Shown here piece after piece: positions 1-12,516 of a DNA stretch of 25,373 nucleotides (the stretch's first letter is position 1; every line of letters begins with the position of its first letter). The position numbers and the translations under genes are program-made. Source of the DNA: Escherichia coli (lineage in GTDB: Bacteria; Pseudomonadota; Gammaproteobacteria; Enterobacterales; Enterobacteriaceae); assembly GCF_003334765.1 (NCBI RefSeq), contig NZ_QOWT01000045.1; one strand, given 5' to 3'. The notes under the pieces were generated by a model. The model saw only the letters and a program-made list of their open reading frames with translations. It was not told the origin of the DNA and ran no database searches.

Positions 1-75
1 TTATCGTGAGAGTAATTCATCGGCACGTTAAATCATATCAGGCGTAATACCACAACCCTTAAGTTAGCGCTTATG
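1..75. mobile_element. Terminal segment of an IS186-like insertion sequence; the element continues beyond the window start
   Basis: Reverse complement of 53..75 reads CATAAGCGCTAACTTAAGGGTTG, which I recognise from memory as the IS186 terminal inverted repeat. It lies 21 bp past the hokE stop, the arrangement I recall for K-12. Transposase ORF is outside the window. Confidence 0.5.
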
Positions 76-96
76 GGATTACTCCCCGCACAACGG

Positions 97-249
97 CTAC
101 TTCTTCGGTTCGTAAGCGAGAACAGCCTTAAACTCAATATTACGTTCCTTCACCGTAAACTCACACAGCGAGTCTCCGACCAGAAGCGTAAATCCCAGCA
201 CCGTTAAACACAGCACTATGACTGCCGCAAGGGCATATTTCGTCAGCAT
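97..249 (-). CDS. hokE: Hok-family type I toxin, 50 aa small membrane peptide
   Basis: Internal Met of ORF 97..348 gives [50 protein letters not shown], recognised as HokE. ATG at 247..249 (minus) is preceded by GGAGG with 10-nt spacing. Confidence 0.85.
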   Translation of the reverse strand: MLTKYALAAVIVLCLTVLGFTLLVGDSLCEFTVKERNIEFKAVLAYEPKK

Positions 250-292
250 GTTTATATTGCCTCCATGCGAAGAAGGGACTACCATCCAAATT

Positions 293-352
293 GTTCGGGT
301 TTGGAGTGGCAGCCCCAGGGTTGATAGAAATATCTCCTGGGGCTTCATCTTT
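293..352 (+). ncRNA. sokE: Putative Sok-type antisense RNA antitoxin for hokE (boundaries approximate)
   Basis: Plus-strand promoter-like -35 TTGCCT (257..262), 17-bp spacer, -10 TACCAT (280..285). A 7-bp stem CCCCAGG/CCTGGGG (313..319 with 336..342) is followed by a U-rich tail (343..352). The transcript would be antisense to the hok mRNA leader including the GAGG/ATG at 346..361. Confidence 0.45.
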
Positions 353-692
353 CCAGACCTCAGAGTAAACCTGAAACCGGAAAGCTTCAGGCACCCGCCG
401 TTATCTTACCCTTCCTCAACAAAATAGCTGTTTATTTATACAGTGAGTCCTGTTTCGGACTTCTCACTCCTCATTTAATCAACTGAAGCTGAACCCGTTT
501 TTTTCTGCATGACTCAATCGTCAAAATTCTTCGCCACCAGTCAGCACTGCCATAACTTGTCACATTGCAAAAGTAGCCAAATTGCTTCAGGCACCATCAG
601 TTCACCATCACCAAAAAAAAGAAACATTCCAGAACTTCCGCATCTCGCCCAGCCGCTCCGACTTCTATACTGAATAGAAAACGCCAACATAA

Positions 693-1820
<1,128 letters not shown>

Positions 1821-1885
1821 GCCGGGAATTGCCTTACAGAAGAATATCCCTGACAATGGTGTTTTAACTTACATTTAACAATGTT

Positions 1886-2134
1886 ATGAAACACCCTTTA
1901 GAAACCTTGACCACCGCAGCAGGCATTTTGCTGATGGCTTTCCTCTCTTGCCTGCTGCTGCCCGCCCCCGCACTGGGGCTGGCGCTGGCACAAAAACTGG
2001 TGACCATGTTCCATCTGATGGATCTTAGTCAGCTTTACACTTTATTGTTTTGTCTGTGGTTTTTAGTGCTGGGCGCTATTGAGTATTTTGTTCTGCGCTT
2101 TATCTGGCGACGCTGGTTCTCGCTGGCGGATTAA
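1886..2134 (+). CDS. ybdJ: Small inner-membrane protein YbdJ, 82 aa, two hydrophobic segments
   Basis: [27 protein letters not shown]...; size and position match YbdJ between ybdK and ybdF. Confidence 0.75.
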
Positions 2135-2198
2135 ACGTCGATTATCGCCGTACTTCGCGGCATACTTTGCTTATTCTCCTTCGCCTAAAGGAACGTTT

Positions 2199-2567
2199 AT
2201 GGATAAGCAATCACTGCACGAAACGGCGAAACGCCTGGCCCTTGAGTTACCCTTTGTCGAGCTTTGCTGGCCTTTTGGCCCGGAGTTCGATGTTTTTAAA
2301 ATTGGCGGCAAGATTTTTATGCTGTCGTCGGAGCTACGCGGCGTCCCCTTTATCAATCTGAAGTCCGATCCACAAAAATCCCTGTTAAATCAGCAAATAT
2401 ACCCAAGCATTAAGCCAGGGTATCACATGAATAAAAAGCACTGGATTTCAGTGTATCCCGGCGAAGAAATCTCCGAAGCGTTACTTCGCGATCTGATCAA
2501 CGATTCGTGGAATCTGGTGGTTGATGGTCTGGCTAAACGCGATCAAAAAAGAGTGCGTCCAGGCTAA
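2199..2567 (+). CDS. ybdF: Uncharacterized protein YbdF, 122 aa
   Basis: Internal ATG at 2199 of ORF 2079..2567 gives [27 protein letters not shown]..., 122 aa. The longer upstream extension would overlap the ybdJ 3' end. Confidence 0.8.
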
Positions 2568-2660
2568 AGCGGAAATCTATAGCGCATTTTTCTCGCTTAC
2601 CATTTCTCGTTGAACCTTGTAATCTGCTGGCACGCAAAATTACTTTCACATGGAGTCTTT

Positions 2661-3314
2661 ATGGATATCATTTCTGTCGCCTTAAAGCGTCATTCCACTA
2701 AGGCATTTGATGCCAGCAAAAAACTTACCCCGGAACAGGCCGAGCAGATCAAAACGCTACTGCAATACAGCCCATCCAGCACCAACTCCCAGCCGTGGCA
2801 TTTTATTGTTGCCAGCACGGAAGAAGGTAAAGCGCGTGTTGCCAAATCCGCTGCCGGTAATTACGTGTTCAACGAGCGTAAAATGCTTGATGCCTCGCAC
2901 GTCGTGGTGTTCTGTGCAAAAACCGCGATGGACGATGTCTGGCTGAAGCTGGTTGTTGACCAGGAAGATGCCGATGGCCGCTTTGCCACGCCGGAAGCGA
3001 AAGCCGCGAACGATAAAGGTCGCAAGTTCTTCGCTGATATGCACCGTAAAGATCTGCATGATGATGCAGAGTGGATGGCAAAACAGGTTTATCTCAACGT
3101 CGGTAACTTCCTGCTCGGCGTGGCGGCTCTGGGTCTGGACGCGGTACCCATCGAAGGTTTTGACGCCGCCATCCTCGATGCAGAATTTGGTCTGAAAGAG
3201 AAAGGCTACACCAGTCTGGTGGTTGTTCCGGTAGGTCATCACAGCGTTGAAGATTTTAACGCTACGCTGCCGAAATCTCGTCTGCCGCAAAACATCACCT
3301 TAACCGAAGTGTAA
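2661..3314 (+). CDS. nfsB: Oxygen-insensitive NAD(P)H nitroreductase NfsB, 217 aa
   Basis: From ATG 2661: [53 protein letters not shown]..., recognised as NfsB. Confidence 0.9.
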
Positions 3315-3323
3315 TTCTCTCTT

Positions 3324-3350
3324 GCCGGGCATCTGCCCGGCTATTTCCTC
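3324..3350 (+). terminator. Rho-independent terminator after nfsB
   Basis: Perfect 8-bp inverted repeat GCCGGGCA-tc-TGCCCGGC (3324..3341) followed by TATTTCC. Confidence 0.6.
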
Positions 3351-3373
3351 TCAGATTCTCCTGATTTGCATAA

Positions 3374-4669
<1,296 letters not shown>

Positions 4670-4671
4670 TT

Positions 4672-4709
4672 AAAAAAACCGCTCTCATCGAATGGATGAG
4701 AGCGGTTTC
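4672..4709. terminator. Bidirectional rho-independent terminator between convergent ybdG and pheP
   Basis: Perfect 11-bp stem CCGCTCTCATC/GATGAGAGCGG (4679..4689 with 4695..4705), 5-nt loop, flanked by A7 on the left and TTTC on the right. The pheP-direction transcript gets a U7 tail. Confidence 0.75.
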
Positions 4710-4749
4710 GGATGGTTGACATCGTTTTGTCGGATGTAGCGTGAATGCC

Positions 4750-6126
4750 TTATTTCCGACGCAGCGTTTTAAATGCCATAAACAGGAATACAATCCACAC
4801 CGGCAGCAGGATCGCTGACAAGCGCATATCATCCATCGTGCACATCAGCAGCAAAATCATGCCGAGGAAGGCAATGCAGAGATAGTTGCCGAACGGATAG
4901 AGCAGCGCCTTAAACTGTGTTTCACGCCCCTGACGTCGCATCGCTGCACGAAAACGCAGATGCGCCAGACAGATCATAATCCAGTTCAACAGCAGCGTTG
5001 CTACCACCAGCGCCATCAGCAGACCAAACGCTTTTTGCGGCAGCAGATAGTTGATTAACACCACCAGCGAAGTGATCGCTCCGGAAAGCATCAGCGAGTT
5101 AATCGGCACACCGCGACGGCTGACGCGAGTCAAAAACTTCGGCGCATTACCCTGCACAGAAAGGCCAAACAGCATGCGGCTGTTAGAGTAAACCCCGCTG
5201 TTATACACTGACAGCGATGCTACCAGAATGACGAAGTTCAGCGCAGAAGCTACCACGTTGCTGTCGAGATTATGGAAAATCATCACAAACGGGCTACTGT
5301 TGGATTTCACTTCCACCCACGGATAGAGCGCCAGTAAAACCACCAGTGAACCGATGTAAAACAGCAGGATGCGATACACCACCTGATTTACCGCTTTTGG
5401 AATGCTTTTTTCCGGATCGCGCGCTTCAGCGGCAGTAATCCCAATCAGCTCCAGACCGCCGAAGGAGAACATAATTACCGCCAGCGACAAAATCAGCCCA
5501 TTCCAGCCGGTGGCGAAGAAACCACCGTAGCGCCAGAGGTTGTCGATACTGGCTTTCTCGCCGCCGTGACCAGAAAACAGCAGCCACAGGCCAAAGCCGA
5601 TCATACCGATGATTGCCAGCACTTTAATCAACGCAAACCAGAACTCGGTTTCGCCATATAAGCGCACGTTCACCAGGTTAACGGCGTTGATGATAATAAA
5701 GAAGGCGGCAGCCCAAATCCACGTTGGAACATCCGGGAACCAGTACTGCATATAGATGCCCGCAGCGGTCAGCTCTGCCATTCCCACCAGCACGAACATT
5801 ACCCAGTAGTTCCAGCCAGAGAGGAAGCCCGCAAACGGTCCCCAGTATTTATAGGCAAAGTGGGCAAATGAACCGGATACCGGCTCTTCGACCACCATCT
5901 CGCCAAGCTGGCGCATAATCAGGAAAGCGATGATCCCGGCGACGCCGTAGCCCAGCAATACAGCCGGACCCGCCATCTGAATCGCCGGACCAATGCCAAG
6001 AAACAGACCAGTACCAATTGCGCCACCCAGCGCAATCAGTTGAATATGACGGTTATGTAATCCGCGATGAAGCGTCGGCTCTTGATTCGACGCAGTATCT
6101 TCCGATACGGTTGACGCGTTTTTCAC
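4750..6126 (-). CDS. pheP: Phenylalanine-specific permease (APC amino-acid transporter family), 458 aa
   Basis: ORF 4750..6162; GTG at 6124..6126 gives (M)KNASTVSEDTASNQEPTLHRGLHNRHIQLIALGGAIGTGLF..., recognised as PheP with 12 TM segments. Confidence 0.85.
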   Translation of the reverse strand: MKNASTVSEDTASNQEPTLHRGLHNRHIQLIALGGAIGTGLFLGIGPAIQMAGPAVLLGYGVAGIIAFLIMRQLGEMVVEEPVSGSFAHFAYKYWGPFAGFLSGWNYWVMFVLVGMAELTAAGIYMQYWFPDVPTWIWAAAFFIIINAVNLVNVRLYGETEFWFALIKVLAIIGMIGFGLWLLFSGHGGEKASIDNLWRYGGFFATGWNGLILSLAVIMFSFGGLELIGITAAEARDPEKSIPKAVNQVVYRILLFYIGSLVVLLALYPWVEVKSNSSPFVMIFHNLDSNVVASALNFVILVASLSVYNSGVYSNSRMLFGLSVQGNAPKFLTRVSRRGVPINSLMLSGAITSLVVLINYLLPQKAFGLLMALVVATLLLNWIMICLAHLRFRAAMRRQGRETQFKALLYPFGNYLCIAFLGMILLLMCTMDDMRLSAILLPVWIVFLFMAFKTLRRK

Positions 6127-6227
6127 GCCTTTCCCCTGTGTGTCTTTTTTGTTGAGGGGCACCTTTTAACATTTAGTGCCCATCGTCGCAAGACACAATC
6201 CACACGGTTAAACGGGGTATCCTGCTT

Positions 6228-9200
6228 TTATTTCCGTACCCGATGTCGGTGCAGCCACATCAGCTTATACGCCGCCGGGATAATAAACAGCGACAGCAAA
6301 GGTGCGGTGATCATGCCGCCAATCATCGGTGCGGCAATCCGGCTCATCACCTCTGAACCAGCCCCCGTTCCCCACAGAATCGGCAGCAGACCGGCGATAA
6401 TCACCGCCACCGTCATCGCTTTCGGGCGCACGCGCAGTACCGCGCCGTGATACAACGCCTCATCCAGCTTCTGCTCACTGAATGTTTGCGGATTATTCAA
6501 CGACGGCTCGGCCTCTATGGCGTGACGTAAATACATCAGCATCACCACGCCAAATTCGGCGGCGACCCCGGCGAGGGCGATAAAGCCAGTGCCCGTCGCC
6601 ACGGAAAGATGAAAGCCCATCCACCACAGCAACCAGATGCCGCCCACCAGCGCAAACGGTACGCTGCTGATAATCAGCAACGCTTCGCCCACCCGACGGA
6701 ACGCCAGATACAACAGCACGAAGATGATCATCAGCGTCATCGGCACCATGAGTTTCAGCTTATGGTTGGCGCGCTCCAGCAACTCGAACTGCCCGGAAAA
6801 CGCCACGCTGGTGCCTGGTTTTAACTGCACTTTTTCAGCTATCGCTTTTTGCAAATCGTGAACCACCGACACCATGTCACGATCGCGGGCATCGATATAA
6901 ATCCAGCTCGTCGGGCGCGCATTCTCGGTTTTCAGCATCGACGGTCCGGTAGAGACTTTAACGTCGGCCACGTCTGCCAGGGTGATTTGCTGCTTCATCG
7001 GCGTCAGGATCGGCAACTGGCGCAGTGCCTGCGGACTATCGCGCCAGCTTTGCGGATAACGCAGATTAATTGGATAACGGGCAATCCCTTCCACCGTTTC
7101 GCCAACCATCGCCCCGCCCACCGCAGAAGTCACAAACAACTGCACATCCGCCACCGTCATACCGTAACGTGCGGCTTTTTCACGGTTAATCTCAACGTTG
7201 ATATAGCGCCCACCTTCCAGCCGCTCGGCAAGCGCAGAAGCTACGCCTGGCACCGTTCGTGCCACTTCTTCAATTTGCTCCGCCATCGCGTCGATATCCG
7301 CCAGCACAGTGCCGGAAACTTTAATGCCGATGGGGCTTTTAATGCCGGTTGAGAGCATATCGATACGGTTACGAATTGGCGGCACCCACAGATTCGCCAG
7401 CCCCGGCAGACGCACGGTGTTATCCAGTTCCTCAATGATTTTGTCCATCGTCATGCCTGGCCGCCACTGCTCCTGCGGCTTAAGCTGGATGGTCGTTTCT
7501 ACCATCTCCAGCGGAGCAGAATCGGTGGCGGTTTCCGCTTTCCCGGTTTTGCCAAATACCCGCGCCACTTCAGGTACGCTCATAATTAGCTTGTCGGTTT
7601 TTTGCAGCATACTCGCCGCCTCTGCTGCGGAAATCCCCGGCAGCGTCGATGGCATATACAACAAGTCGCCTTCATTGATCTGCGGTAAAAATTCCCCGCC
7701 AACTTTATTGAGCGGCCAGAGAACCGTCAGCACCGAAAGCGCTGCCACCAACAGCGTGGTTTTCGGCCAGTGCAGTACTTTCAGCAATAGAGGATGATAA
7801 ACACGAATCAAAAAGCGATTGAGCGGGTTACTGCTTTCCGGCGGAATTTTGCCACGGATCCAGTAGCCCATCAGGATCGGGATCACTACGATCGCCAGCA
7901 GCGCCGCGCCCGCCATCGCATAGGTTTTAGTGAACGCCAGCGGGCCAAACAGACGCCCTTCCTGCCCTTCCAGGGTGAAGATCGGGATAAACGACAACGT
8001 GATAATCAGCAGACTGATAAACAACGCCGGACCCACTTCAACAGACGCATCGGTGATCACCTGCCAGCGCGTTTTATTATCCAGCGTGGCGTCAGGATGC
8101 TGGTGCTGCCACTCTTCCAGCCGTTTATGCGCATTCTCGATCATGACGATAGCAGCATCGACCATCGCCCCGACGGCAATCGCAATGCCACCCAACGACA
8201 TAATATTGGCATTCAGTCCCTGGAAGTGCATGACAATAAAAGCAATACACAACCCCAGCGGCAACGAAATAATCGCCACCAGCGCCGAGCGCACATGCCA
8301 GAGAAACAGCGCACAGACTACCGCCACCACAATAAACTCTTCCAGCAACTTGCCGCTGAGGTTGTCGATGGCGCGGTCAATGAGCTGGCTGCGATCGTAT
8401 GTTGTAACTATCTCCACGCCTTCCGGCAGACTACTTTTCAGCGTTTCCAGTTTGTCCTTCACGGCGGCGATCACTTCACGGGCGTTTTTGCCGGAGCGCA
8501 GGATCACCACCCCGCCTGCCACTTCGCCTTCGCCGTTCAGTTCGGCAATGCCCCGGCGCATTTCCGGTCCAATCTGGACCTTCGCAACATCACGCAGATA
8601 AACAGGCACGCCATTTTCACTGGCTTTTAAAACGATGTGATTAAAGTCGTCGAGCGTTTGCAGATAGCCGCTGGCGCGCACCATATATTCCGCTTCCGCC
8701 AGTTCGATCGACGAACCGCCCGCTTCCTGGTTTGAAGCATCCAGCGCGCTTTTTACTTCGGCTAGACTGATGCCATACTGTGCCAGGCGCTGAGGATCGA
8801 TAACCACCTGATACTCTTTCACCACACCGCCCACCGACGCTACTTCCGCAACGTCAGGGATGGTTTTTAGCTCATATTTGAGAAACCAGTCCTGCAATGA
8901 GCGTAAATCGGCCAGATCGTGCTTACCGCTGCGATCCACCAGTGCATATTCATAGATCCAGCCAACACCCGTGGCATCTGGCCCCAGCTCGGCGCTGACT
9001 CCCGCAGGCAGCTTACCCTGTACCTGGTTGAGGTATTCCAGCACCCGCGAACGCGCCCAGTACGGATCGGTACCATCTTCGAAAATGACATACACATAAG
9101 AGTCGCCAAACTGCGAGAAACCACGCACAGTCTTCGCGCCAGGCACCGACAACATGGTGGTGGTTAGCGGATAAGTCACCTGATTTTCAACGATTTGCGG

Positions 9201-9371
9201 TGCCTGGCCGGGATAGCTGGTTTTAATAATCACCTGCACATCGGAGAGATCCGGCAGCGCATCCACTGGCGTGTTAATGATGGTCCAGGTGCCCCAGATA
9301 CTCAGAAATAACGCGCCCATCAGCACCAGAAAACGGTTCGCCACCGAGCGACGAATAATCCATTCAATCAT
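6228..9371 (-). CDS. cusA: RND heavy-metal efflux pump inner-membrane subunit CusA, 1047 aa
   Basis: Full-length [49 protein letters not shown]..., recognised as CusA. Confidence 0.95.
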   Translation of the reverse strand: MIEWIIRRSVANRFLVLMGALFLSIWGTWTIINTPVDALPDLSDVQVIIKTSYPGQAPQIVENQVTYPLTTTMLSVPGAKTVRGFSQFGDSYVYVIFEDGTDPYWARSRVLEYLNQVQGKLPAGVSAELGPDATGVGWIYEYALVDRSGKHDLADLRSLQDWFLKYELKTIPDVAEVASVGGVVKEYQVVIDPQRLAQYGISLAEVKSALDASNQEAGGSSIELAEAEYMVRASGYLQTLDDFNHIVLKASENGVPVYLRDVAKVQIGPEMRRGIAELNGEGEVAGGVVILRSGKNAREVIAAVKDKLETLKSSLPEGVEIVTTYDRSQLIDRAIDNLSGKLLEEFIVVAVVCALFLWHVRSALVAIISLPLGLCIAFIVMHFQGLNANIMSLGGIAIAVGAMVDAAIVMIENAHKRLEEWQHQHPDATLDNKTRWQVITDASVEVGPALFISLLIITLSFIPIFTLEGQEGRLFGPLAFTKTYAMAGAALLAIVVIPILMGYWIRGKIPPESSNPLNRFLIRVYHPLLLKVLHWPKTTLLVAALSVLTVLWPLNKVGGEFLPQINEGDLLYMPSTLPGISAAEAASMLQKTDKLIMSVPEVARVFGKTGKAETATDSAPLEMVETTIQLKPQEQWRPGMTMDKIIEELDNTVRLPGLANLWVPPIRNRIDMLSTGIKSPIGIKVSGTVLADIDAMAEQIEEVARTVPGVASALAERLEGGRYINVEINREKAARYGMTVADVQLFVTSAVGGAMVGETVEGIARYPINLRYPQSWRDSPQALRQLPILTPMKQQITLADVADVKVSTGPSMLKTENARPTSWIYIDARDRDMVSVVHDLQKAIAEKVQLKPGTSVAFSGQFELLERANHKLKLMVPMTLMIIFVLLYLAFRRVGEALLIISSVPFALVGGIWLLWWMGFHLSVATGTGFIALAGVAAEFGVVMLMYLRHAIEAEPSLNNPQTFSEQKLDEALYHGAVLRVRPKAMTVAVIIAGLLPILWGTGAGSEVMSRIAAPMIGGMITAPLLSLFIIPAAYKLMWLHRHRVRK

Positions 9372-9382
9372 TGGTTATTCCC

Positions 9383-10606
9383 TCAATGCGCATGGGTAGC
9401 ACTTTCAGAGCGCATCCGCTCCAGTGCGCCAGAAATATTGGCTTCGGAATCAATCAGGAACAGGCCGCTGGAAACCACCTTTTCACCTTCCGCCAGACCA
9501 GAGCGTAATGCGGTGACACCTTGCGATGCCTGGAAAACGGCAACGCGTTTCGGTACAAAGCGCCCGTCGGCATCAACGGTAATCACCCGCTGTTCGTTGC
9601 CGGTATCAATCAGCGCCTGTGACGGAATGAGCAGCATCGGTTCGCTGGCGGTATTGAGTTGCAACCAGGCGTTCATGCCTGGTTTTAGCGCCTCGTCGGC
9701 GTTGTCGACTTCCAGACGCAGTTGTAGCGTGCGGGTCGCGGCATCCACGCCGGGTAGCAGGGTCCATTTGCGGATGGTGAGTGTTTTATCAGGTCGCGCC
9801 GGAACGGTGAGCGTAAACTGCGAGGCATCTTTCACCAGCCAGGCGATGGACTCCGGGATCGCAGCAGTGACCCACACCGGGTCCATACCCTGAATTTTCG
9901 CGACCACGTTATCTTTGGCGATATTCATTCCCGCGCGCAGATCAAACGCGGTGATCACGCCATCAATGGGCGCTTTGAGCGTAAAGCGAGTCTGGATTTT
10001 TTGCGTGGCGATCAGGCGGCGAATATCCGCCTCCGGCATTCCCGCCAGTCGCAGCCGCTCAAGAATGCCTTCAGTCTGGGTCGCCGTACCGCCGGTTTCG
10101 CGCAGCAGTAAATACTCACTCTGCGCTTCCACCCAGTCGGGAATGGTCAGGTCGAGAAGCGGTGTGCCCTTTTGCACTTTATCGCCCACGGTAAGCGGAT
10201 ACACCTTGTCGATAAACCCGGCAGCGCGAGCCTGCACAATGGCATACTGATACTCGTTGTAACTGACATTCGCCGGGAAACTCTGGGCAAAAGTCAGCGG
10301 CCCGCGCGTGACGGTAGCCGTTTTCACCCCCAGATTCTGCGTCTGAGTCGGGTCAATGCGCACACCAGACGCAGAACTCTCTTCATCGGCATATTTCGGC
10401 ACCAGATCCATATCCATAAACGGCGATTTACCTGGTTTATCGAACCGCGTATTGGGATACATCGGGTCGTACCAGAATAAGACTTTACGTTCTGCGGTCG
10501 ACGTTTTTTCTGCGGGCGGTTCAGCCTTTGCAAACCAGTTAAAACCTGCCGCAGAAATAATACCGCCCGCGATCATGCTGCCGATAATAAGCGCGATTTT
10601 TTTCAT
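9383..10606 (-). CDS. cusB: Membrane-fusion (periplasmic adaptor) protein CusB, 407 aa
   Basis: ORF MKKIALIIGSMIAGGIISAAGFNWFAK..., recognised as CusB; 11-bp spacing to cusA. Confidence 0.95.
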   Translation of the reverse strand: MKKIALIIGSMIAGGIISAAGFNWFAKAEPPAEKTSTAERKVLFWYDPMYPNTRFDKPGKSPFMDMDLVPKYADEESSASGVRIDPTQTQNLGVKTATVTRGPLTFAQSFPANVSYNEYQYAIVQARAAGFIDKVYPLTVGDKVQKGTPLLDLTIPDWVEAQSEYLLLRETGGTATQTEGILERLRLAGMPEADIRRLIATQKIQTRFTLKAPIDGVITAFDLRAGMNIAKDNVVAKIQGMDPVWVTAAIPESIAWLVKDASQFTLTVPARPDKTLTIRKWTLLPGVDAATRTLQLRLEVDNADEALKPGMNAWLQLNTASEPMLLIPSQALIDTGNEQRVITVDADGRFVPKRVAVFQASQGVTALRSGLAEGEKVVSSGLFLIDSEANISGALERMRSESATHAH

Positions 10607-10621
10607 ATCATTAAACCTGGG

Positions 10622-10954
10622 TTACTGGCTGACTTTAATATCCTGTAATAAAGAAAGGTTGCCCTGCTGGACAAAATTAAACGCCACTTTGTCGCCGGTT
10701 TTAATTTCACTCATTTTCGTCTGCGGGGTGATGGTAAAGCGCATGGTCATCTCCGGCCAGTTCACGGCAGCAATCGGATCGTGATGGATGGTGATTTTTT
10801 TGCTTTCCAGATCAACACCTTTTACCACGCCAGTGGCGCTAATAACCTGCGGTTGTACTTCGCTCATGGTTTCATGATGATGTTCGTTAGCCTGGGCATT
10901 AAAGCCAATAACGGTAAACAGACTGAACATTGCGACTTGCAGTGCTTTTTTCAT
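10622..10954 (-). CDS. cusF: Periplasmic Cu(I)/Ag(I) metallochaperone CusF, 110 aa
   Basis: ORF MKKALQVAMFSLFTVIGFNAQANEHHHETMSEVQPQVISATGVVKGVDLESKKITIHHDPIAAVNWPEMTMRF..., recognised as CusF. Confidence 0.95.
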   Translation of the reverse strand: MKKALQVAMFSLFTVIGFNAQANEHHHETMSEVQPQVISATGVVKGVDLESKKITIHHDPIAAVNWPEMTMRFTITPQTKMSEIKTGDKVAFNFVQQGNLSLLQDIKVSQ

Positions 10955-10980
10955 TTATTCTCTCCTGGAGTTAAAAATTA

Positions 10981-12360
10981 CTACTGCCAACCGCCACCAA
11001 GTGCGGTATATAAAGAAATTTCGTTGACCTGACGGGCATAATTCAGGTCAAGTAAGGTTTGTCGGGTTGCAAATAAAGAACGCTCGGCATCCAGCACTTC
11101 CAGATAACTTACCGCGCCGTGCTGATATAATGCCCGCGCCCGTTGCAAAGTAATTTGCAGCGACGCCAGATAACGCTGCTGGGCGCTGATTTGATCGTTC
11201 AGGCTTTGACGTAATGCCAGCGCATCTGCCACTTCTTTAAAGGCGTTCTGGATTTTCTGTTCATAATTCACTACCGACTGCTGCTGGCGAATTTCGGCGA
11301 TATCCAGATTGGCCTGGTTGCGTCCGGCATTAAAAATGGGGATCTCAATTTTGGGTATAAAATTCCACATCCCGCTGCTGGCGTTAAATAATGACGACAG
11401 ATCGCTGCTGGCGGTCGATATTCCGCTGGTCAGGCTGATAGACGGGAAAAATGCCGCACGCGCAGCACCAATATTGGCATTAGCCGCCATTAACGCGTGT
11501 TCAGCTTCCATAATATCCGGGCGCTGCAATAAGATTTGCGACGACAAGCCCGCCGGTAATTTAACGCTTTGCAGACTGTCGCTGTTTACTGTCTGCGCTT
11601 GCGGCAGCTTGCCGTAGCTTCCCAATAACAGTTGCAATGCATTATTCGCCTGCGCCAGTTCCCCCTGACGTTTAGCGATGTCACTGCGGGTACTTTCTAT
11701 CACCCCGCGAGCCTGTTCCAGCGCCAGAACATTGCTGCTACCGGTCAACAGTTGTTTTTCGACAAACGCATATGACTGCTGATAATTACGCAGCGTTTCT
11801 TCGGCTATTTGCAATTGCGCATACGCCAGTTGCTGATTGAAATAGCTTTGCGCGACATTAGAAACCAGCAGAATATGCACCGCGCGCTGAGCTTCCTCAG
11901 TGGCTAAATAATTTTGTCGCTCGGCTTCGCTCATGTTCTTTAAGCGACCGAAAAAATCGAGGTCAAGGCTGGCGTTAAGGCCGGTCGAAAACTCCCGTGT
12001 CGTGGCGGTATTCCCTTTAAGATTACCGCTCCAGCTGCCGCTGCCCTCGCCATTGAGCTGTGGGTAGCGGTCGGCATCAGTCAGACGATATTGCGCCCGT
12101 GCCTCCTGCACTTTCAGCGTCGCCATGCGCAAATCCCGGTTATTCACCAGCGCCTCGCTAATCAGCGTCTTCACCTGATTATCAACAAAAAAGGTGCGCC
12201 AGCCCGCGTTCTGATAGTTATCTGCTGCGTTAACGAGGCCGTTCTGGCTGAGTGAGAACTGCTGCGGTACGGGCATTGCCGGGCGCTGATAATCCGGTGC
12301 CAGTGAACAACCGGTTAGCGCAAGGGCCACACAAAATGGCAGAAGTTTACAAGGAGACAT
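10981..12360 (-). CDS. cusC: Outer-membrane factor lipoprotein CusC (TolC-like channel of CusCBA)
   Basis: ORF MSPCKLLPFCVALALTGCSLAPDYQRP... with lipobox LTGC, recognised as CusC. The exact start codon was not verified. Confidence 0.9.
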   Translation of the reverse strand: MSPCKLLPFCVALALTGCSLAPDYQRPAMPVPQQFSLSQNGLVNAADNYQNAGWRTFFVDNQVKTLISEALVNNRDLRMATLKVQEARAQYRLTDADRYPQLNGEGSGSWSGNLKGNTATTREFSTGLNASLDLDFFGRLKNMSEAERQNYLATEEAQRAVHILLVSNVAQSYFNQQLAYAQLQIAEETLRNYQQSYAFVEKQLLTGSSNVLALEQARGVIESTRSDIAKRQGELAQANNALQLLLGSYGKLPQAQTVNSDSLQSVKLPAGLSSQILLQRPDIMEAEHALMAANANIGAARAAFFPSISLTSGISTASSDLSSLFNASSGMWNFIPKIEIPIFNAGRNQANLDIAEIRQQQSVVNYEQKIQNAFKEVADALALRQSLNDQISAQQRYLASLQITLQRARALYQHGAVSYLEVLDAERSLFATRQTLLDLNYARQVNEISLYTALGGGWQ

Positions 12361-12429
12361 AGGCTCATAATTTCTGGTGATTTTATGCCGCCAACTTTAC
12401 TCGCCAGCCTCTGATTTTCCGGTGACAGG

Positions 12430-12451
12430 AAAATGACAAAATTGTCATTTT
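12430..12451. promoter_or_regulatory. CusR box in the divergent cusC/cusR promoter region
   Basis: Perfect palindrome AAAATGACAA-aa-TTGTCATTTT (10-bp arms) in the 156-bp spacer between divergent cusC and cusR, matching the CusR (OmpR-family) operator as I recall it. Confidence 0.7.
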
Positions 12452-12516
12452 GCCAATAAGCGATTGCCATCTGATCCCGCTACTCTAGAATTGCCCGGGC
12501 AACATGTGGAGGAAAT

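Noticed and set aside
2079-2198. N-terminal extension of the ybdF ORF from the ATG at 2079
   Set aside because: It would overlap the ybdJ 3' end by 56 nt; the internal ATG at 2199 gives the 122-aa product matching YbdF.
6163-6227. Inverted repeat GGGCAC-n13-GTGCCC in the cusA-pheP spacer as a possible terminator
   Set aside because: The 6-bp stem has no U-tract on either strand, so it is not a convincing intrinsic terminator. It may instead belong to the pheP promoter/leader; the role is unresolved.
6609-8630. Several long plus-strand ORFs (71-278 aa) inside the cusA region
   Set aside because: They are antisense to the strongly supported 1047-aa cusA ORF, have low-complexity Arg/His/Gln-rich translations typical of reverse-frame reading through GC-rich coding sequence, and have no start-site signals.
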